A stretch of 64,000 bases of DNA from Nemertoderma westbladi (lineage: Eukaryota > Animalia > Xenacoelomorpha). The stretch is from positions 15,958-79,957 of the forward strand of contig JAUCBJ010008580.1 in NCBI GenBank assembly GCA_032718475.1, in the 5' to 3' direction. The notes below the pieces were generated by a model. It had not been told where the DNA came from. It made no database searches and saw only the letters and a program-made list of their open reading frames with translations. Each line of letters begins with the position of its first letter. Position 1 is the stretch's first letter. Positions 58,240-64,000 of the stretch are shown in pieces. A program made the position numbers and the translations under genes.

Positions 58240-61200
58240 AACTGGTCACATTTCGAATATCTCCTATGAGCGGTACAATATTTCAACCCCATTTTTCGGT
58301 TTTACCAGTGATATTATTTGTTCCCCACCAATGGACACTCCACCCATGATGCGACACCGCAAAATGTCTGTGAACACCGCTGACCACGAATTGTTGTCTA
58401 CATTGTTAAGGCAAATGCGGGTTGATCCTGAGGAGGAAGTCTTCGATGAGAGGAAGATGTGAAGTGACGACAGCATGAGTTTATTCAGTTAGTTCTACGA
58501 GGAGATGGAAATGTGACACATCAGGTTCGGACTCTGCCCCCGCATGGAGATCAAACCCGAAATCCTAGTGCACGAACATCTCTAACTGCACTCGCCCATT
58601 CTGCTGTGGCTGCCCTTCCAGTTCCTTTCAGGACACATATCCCGATTTTATTGCCTGGAGACAGAATTTTCGGGATTTCACCACACTACAACTACAGCAT
58701 ATGCCACTACTAGATTATGATGAACAGATAGCCAGACCTCGATCAACACTCAGCGATGATTTAAAGCAGATGATTGAACACGATGCAATTGAAATTCAAG
58801 CTGTAAATCCAGATCAACCAACTGTCGATGAAACTGTGGATGCGATTGGTCATTATCTACATAAACGGCAAAATCCATGGGTGGATCATATACGATTTGA
58901 AGCTCGTAAACAATGCCAAGGGGAATCTTTTGATGATTTCTATCTGCCGCTCTGTGATTTGGCAAAAGATGCGGATATCTGCAGTCAGGAATTCCATGAC
59001 AAACGTATTGTGATCTGGATACAAGCTAGCCTTCAGTATAAGGAGGTTGCCCGCCGTCTATCTGAAAAGGAGGAATTCCCAACTCTTCCAGAAGCAGTTG
59101 ATTTCTGACGAAGAGCTGAATCCGCATAGAATAGCGATAAAAGAGGAAGTTCTACTGATAAGTCGAAATTACCACAGAGAGATTTTTCTCCTAGTCGTGG
59201 ATGTGGCAGATGTGGTTATAAGATTCATAAAGGGCCACATTGCCCAGCTGAAAAGAAGAGAATGCAAATACTGCCATGCCCTTGGACATTTTGCCTCAGT
59301 TTGTTTTAAAAAGAAGGCAAACTATTGTGATTCACCCCAGTCTTCGACAGGGTCTGCTAAACCTATCGCAAAGACTTATTCAGTCCAGATATTGAGAATA
59401 ATATCTGTAGTTAATACACCCCAAATTCAGATCATAATCAGTCCAAAAGATTTTCCAGCTATGAGTTGTCATACTCAAGCAACTCCCGATAAAGGAGCAG
59501 AGGTAACGCTGCTTACCAAGCAGAAATTTAAGGACTTTGTTTTAGATTATGGATTACTCTGCCTTTTCTCCTAGTCGTGGATGTGGCAGCTGTGGTTATG
59601 AAATTCATAAAGGGCCACGTTGCCCAGCTGAAAAGACAGAATGCAATTACTGCCATGCCTTTGGAAATTTTGCCTCAGTTTGTTTTAAAAAGAAGGAAAA
59701 TTATTGTGATTCACCCCAGTCTTCAACAGGGTCTGCTAAATCTATCGCAAAGACTTATTCAGTCCAGATATTGAGAATAAAATCTGTAGTTAATACTCCC
59801 CAAATTCAGGTAATAATCAGTCCGGAAGATTTTCCAGCTATGAGTTGTCATACACATGAAACTCCCAATACAGGAGCGGAGGTAACGCTGCTTCCCGAGC
59901 AGAAATTTAAGGACTTTGGTTTAGATTATGGATTACTCCACCCATCAGACCTAAATATAGTTAATGCAAATCAGAAATCTTTGCCTTGTTGTGGAATGTT
60001 TGACAGTATTGTCCAATACAAACATGAACAGGCTATGGTTCAAGTTAATGTTTGTCCAGTTGTCGAAGGAATGCTCCTTGACTGGCAAACTTATAAAAAA
60101 CTAAATATAATCCCACAATCATTTCCAGAACCAATTCCACAGTCAACTATTGTTCATTCAGTTGCGAATACCTGGGACAATCTTCTAGTTGTAACCAATC
60201 AATGGATTTATAATCTCTCTAAAAATCCACTAGAGGTCAAGATTGAGGCAGTGCGGTACAGACTGTTGGATGAATACAAAGATGTATTTAGTTTGGAAGG
60301 TGCTCTGAAACCAATGATGGGGGATCCAATGAAAATTCAAATACGAGACAATGTGTCCTGTTCTGTCTGACATCAGCCCACCAAGTCCCTTTCGCTCTCC
60401 ATAGTAAAGTCCAATCTGAATTAAAGAAAATGGAGGAACAAGGGGTAATTGAGCGTATTGGAGATGTTACAACAATGTGGTACCATCCCCTAGTCAGAAA
60501 AGCAGATGGTGGAATCAGAATATGTATTGATTTTACCCATCTTAATAAAAGTTGTGATAGGCCATATCACCCTCAACGTACTCCGAAAGATGAAGTTGAT
60601 TATGTTAATTCTTCAAATAAATATTTCTCCACCATGGACGGTGGACGCGTATAAGGGATATTGGCAAATTCCTCTAGATGAAAAGAGTCAAGATTTATGC
60701 ACATTTATTTGCTCAGAGGGTAGATTCCGCATCTTGCGTGCACCCATATTGGTGACCTCATATTCTCGGAAGTTGACAATCTCGAAAAAGTGGTCGATGA
60801 TATATTAATACACACTGATACATTCGTAACACATGTTGAAACGGTGATTAATTTCGGAATCACTGCCATCATAATTCTATAACCCTAATTCCAAATAAAA
60901 TTCTATTTCTGGCATACGTGGACTGTTATTCTGGCCAGATGTTGTTTCATTTGGCAAACGTTTTCCAAATCCTCATCACATCTTTAGTTACATTGGGATG
61001 CCAGTAAAGTTGAGATCTGATGGTGGTTCCCAGTTTACTTCTCATGAGTTTGACATCTTTGATAATTGGTGATTGGAATTTCAATCATATTTTGAGTGCT
61101 CCTTGATGTCATCAGAGCAACCTGACTCGCCAAGTCTGCAGTTAAAGTGATGTCTCATTTAGTTGCAACCTTAACATCCAATGGAAATCAGGACATTGAT

Positions 61201-61500
61201 GAATTTCATAAGGGTCTTATCGAATATCGAAATACGCCGAGGGAACATTTCTGGCTCAATTGTTGTATGGTAGACCATTTCACTCATGCATACCCACCCA
61301 CCATTCTGCTTTTGATAAAAAGTGGAAAGAGATTAACGAGTTTAGATGATGAAGAAATGTGTAATGAAGAAAGCGCAAGATAGGTCTCAAATAACACGTA
61401 ATCTTAACCCATTAGATGTTGGCAATATAGTTTGGATTCAAAATAGACTGTCTAGAAATTGGAAGTCTGAATAGACAATACCAACAGGGATTCCCATGTT
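58240..61500 (+). mobile_element. Heavily decayed Mag-like Gypsy element
   Basis: Gag (RFEARKQCQGESFDDF); CGSCG..H..CPAEKTECNYC knuckles; protease-like TGAEVTLL; RT (GGIRICIDFTHLNK, KGYWQIPL, VVDDILI); integrase fragments (RSDGGSQF, GLIEYRNTP); boundaries uncertain. Confidence 0.78.
59184..59938 (+). repeat. 380-bp tandem duplication of the knuckle/protease region
   Basis: TTTTCTCCTAGTCGTGGATGTGGCAG...TTAGATTATGGATTACTC repeated with period 380. Confidence 0.88.
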
Positions 61501-61587
61501 TCTGTAGTATACGAGATAGATCAAGGATCTGGACATCCTCCGTATAAACATATATTGGTGTGAAGAAATAATGTTGTTTCGGATTAA

Positions 61588-62774
61588 CCCTTTCCCGACC
61601 AGGGATCTAAAATTTAGTGCCCGCCAGTGCTCCAACATTTTCAAAAAAAATATTATTGTAATTTAGCTGTGCATAACTTCGGTTGTGGTGGTCCTACGAA
61701 CTCAGTTTTTAGTTTTTTAAAATCAACATAGAATTGTTAACATTAATATTATAATTAATAACAAATTAATTCACAGCAATTCACAGCTTGTGAGTTTGTT
61801 AATTACCAAAACCGCCAGGGCACAATCTTGGTTTATCATAAAAAATAGCAGAATACCATAAAATAGAACACATACAAATCTGATTTTCTTTAATGTTTTG
61901 TTATTTACCCAGTGTCATCATATTTACGCAGTGTCATCAGAGTCTTCTTCCGCATATGCAATATCGCGCCGCCCCAGTCCCAGGTCTCATATATAGATAT
62001 ACTGTATAACAAATCAGTACCAGTTTCACTGTCAGATTCTCTATCGGAATCGGAACCAGCAATTTCGGAATCATCATTCCCCCTCGCTGTTATCCCTGCA
62101 TGCTACATTCCGTCATTGTTTGATTGTCGGTGTCGTCATCATCATCCTTGATCTCGTAGCCATAGCTCCTTGGCGGATTCCGCTAGTATCGGTACAAAAT
62201 TGACACTTTACATCAAGTGCGCAGCTAAGACTGTACAGCAGTATGCAGTAAGTATGAGTTTAGTATGACGGAATGTAGCATGCAGGGATAACAGCGAGGG
62301 GTATGATGATTCCGAAATTTCTGGTTCCGATTCCGATAGAGAATCTGACAGTGAAACTGGTACTGATTTGTTATATATCTATATATGAGACCTGGGACTG
62401 GGGCGGCGCGATATTGCATATGCGGAAGAAGACTCTGATGACACTGAGTAAATATGATGACACTGGGTAAATAACAAAACATTAAAGAAAATCAGATTGA
62501 GCCCCACTATATTGAGCTGTACTGCTGTAGCAGTGCCGTAATTCCGCATTTTCAAATTTATGTTGCTAGGGCAGACTGGTCTGGTTTGCCTACTACAGTA
62601 CTATAAAATTATATTTTTTTACTTATTAACTGCTCCAGTTGCCTATAAAACACACCAGTTTGTGTTCCAACGTCATAGGAATGCCTAAATGTCAGTATAA
62701 AACCCATGGACTACCATGTAGTCCATGGAACAGTCCCTGCATGTACTACCATGTAGTCCATGGTCGGGATAGGT
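61588..62774. mobile_element. piggyBac-type non-autonomous element
   Basis: TTAA|CCCTTTCCCGACCAGGG ... CCATGGTCGGGATAGGT (imperfect TIR; right TSD degenerate). Confidence 0.55.
61877..62498. repeat. Long inverted repeat (~240-bp arms 61877-62116 and 62265-62498, ~150-bp spacer)
   Basis: Arms are near-perfect reverse complements. Confidence 0.92.
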
Positions 62775-62839
62775 TTCCATTACTTTAACTATAACAGATG
62801 TTAGTGATAGTGATACCGGATGGTAATTGCTGGGGTCTG

Positions 62840-64000
62840 CCTTCGATCCTTTTTTTTATAAATAGGTACAATGTGAGCCAAATGCCATGCACTAGGTGAA
62901 CAACTATTATCAAAAAATTGCTGGAATAATCTTTATAAAGGTTCAGCCAACCAGACACTGAGTTTACGCAGCAGAATCGTGGGAATCTTGTCTGGAACTG
63001 GCGACTTGTTTACATTCAGATTTGACAATATCATATAAACATCCACATAATTTAAATTAATGGAAGATATCCACTCAATGGGAATGGGTTTAGAATGCGA
63101 AGGTGGAGGTGGCATGATGCCATTATCCTCAGTGAATGCATCTTTGAATTTTGCATTTAATAGAGGGGCTTGTTTCCTATCCCCAACAGCAGTGTCACTG
63201 ATTGAATTTATCATAGTAGGAAGTGAGCTCTTTCTGAAAAGATTAGATCTGATGTATTTTAATGGTGTATTCTATTTTCACTTATCTACTGGTCATCGAT
63301 GTATATTGACTCTAAAGTTTAGAAGTGAGTGCAGTTACATTGTTATGCAGCATTATTGCAGAACGGGTTGGATCTGTGGTTGTCATTAATTTACTTTTAG
63401 TCCAATGAAGTTTTCTAAGCAATTTCTTTATCCTGGGATTCTCTTTGTACTTGGTTGGCCGGTATATAGGAACAGTCGTCTATGATGGTATTTAGTATAT
63501 AATCTAGTGATTTGATATTTTCCTGTGGGCACAGATTACAGTTTATTACTTCAGCCCAATCAATATGGGATGCGAACCCTCAAATTTCGTCCCAATTTGC
63601 TTTACACCAGTCTCTGCTTTGAGTAGTAGAGTTTATTGGTTCAACAGGTGGAAGATGGCCCCCATTAACTACGAAATTATCACTGCAGACGTCTTCAAAC
63701 ACAAATCACTCACCAATGGACAGACGACCAGTTAAATAAGTCCCATTTGTAATTGTAAGCAACAAATCCAGTGTACCTCCCAGAATATGTGTTGGTTCAT
63801 TTATAAGTTGAGAATGATCACAATCAGATAGCACATCAAGAAAACATTGACTTAACGTAGGTGACAGCTGGAACAAACAGATGGGATGGACCAATCAATA
63901 TGTCGAGAATTGAAGTCTCCAGTTAATATAACCAACCGGGTAAATTCAATAGGGAAATAGTAGTCCGCTTTCCAGTTCGCTTCTTGAACTGGGTTCCAGC
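62840..64000 (-). mobile_element. CR1/L2-like LINE fragment (APE endonuclease end and linker toward RT)
   Basis: LTGDFN (~63915-63930), QLINEPTHILGGTLDLLLT, NVNKSPVPDKIPTILLRK..LAEPL, AHIVPIYKK. Confidence 0.8.

Overview
This is eukaryotic (probably invertebrate animal) DNA made almost entirely of nested transposable elements, and I recognise no host gene. Contents: three BEL/Pao LTR retrotransposons; three Mag-like Gypsy elements, one nested inside another; two solo LTRs; three LINE fragments (RTE-X-like, RTE, CR1/L2-like); and several TTAA/CCC piggyBac-type non-autonomous elements. The centrepiece is a young, apparently intact 19.4-kb BEL/Pao element (34625-54068; ~2.27-kb LTRs, CGCCT target-site duplication, uninterrupted 2946-aa gag-pol) with four unusual traits. 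(1) An extra 1250-aa ORF at the env position carries WRN/EXD/Mut-7-like DEDDy 3'-5' exonuclease motifs and three CCHC knuckles; its N-terminal part is echoed in a second, decayed BEL element. (2) It has no tRNA-type primer binding site; the 11 nt directly after the 5' LTR are perfectly complementary to an 11-mer inside its own LTR, and a BEL element with unrelated LTR sequence shows the same arrangement with a different 11-mer, suggesting self-priming. (3) Twelve dispersed copies of a 20-nt stem-loop occur in all three reading frames and in non-coding DNA, one with a compensatory base pair. (4) A tRNA-like Pol III A-box/B-box cassette sits in the LTR. All family and domain calls are by eye from motifs; no database searches were run.
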